Positions 63,855-64,000 of a stretch of 64,000 nt of DNA are shown here, piece by piece; positions within the stretch are counted from its first letter, which is position 1; the number at the start of each line of letters is the position of its first letter. The notes below the pieces were generated by a model. It saw only the letters and a program-made list of their open reading frames with translations. It made no database searches and was not told the origin of the DNA. The DNA is taken from the NCBI RefSeq assembly GCF_009914755.1, contig NC_060933.1. One strand, given 5' to 3'. The translations under genes and the position numbers were made by a program. This DNA comes from the human T2T-CHM13v2.0 reference genome, Homo sapiens.

Positions 63855-64000
63855 CTTTTTGTTTTCTTTTCTCTTTTCTTTTCTTTTTTTCTTTCTTTTG
63901 AAACAGAGTTTCCCTCTTGTTTTGCAGGCTGGATTGCAATGGGTCCATCTCGGCTCACTGCAACTTCTGCCTCCTGGGTTCAAGCAATTCTCCTGCCTCA
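63855..64000 (-). mobile_element. Alu (partial, runs off window end)
   Basis: (TTTTC)n tail then GAGTTTCCCTCTTGTT...CTCGGCTCACTGCAAC. Confidence 0.9.

Overview
Primate genomic DNA, almost certainly human: it carries AluYa5- and AluYb8-diagnostic copies. The window is AT-rich, CpG-poor and dominated by interspersed repeats: about 20 Alus, several L1 and L2/MIR relics, MaLR and ERV1-type solo LTRs, DNA-transposon relics, and one ~7.7 kb degenerate ERV-L provirus (40.75-48.42 kb; LTR-gag-pro-RT-RNaseH-IN-dUTPase-LTR) with nested insertions. There is no intact long gene, RNA gene, CRISPR array or prokaryotic-type system, and most ORF-track entries are repeat-derived or chance ORFs. The only coding signal is the probable 3' end of an unidentified plus-strand gene: a 35-nt exon at 2535-2569 joining a last exon at 4181, with possible alternative ends. 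The most unusual structures are two hairpins that look created de novo by template switching inside retroelements (13120-13199 and 56291-56469), an Alu whose target-site duplication (TSD) encloses extra unique sequence and a second poly(A) (34300-34731), and a recent 187-bp dispersed direct duplication (8092-8522). Repeat subfamily names come from recalled consensus motifs, not from a database search.
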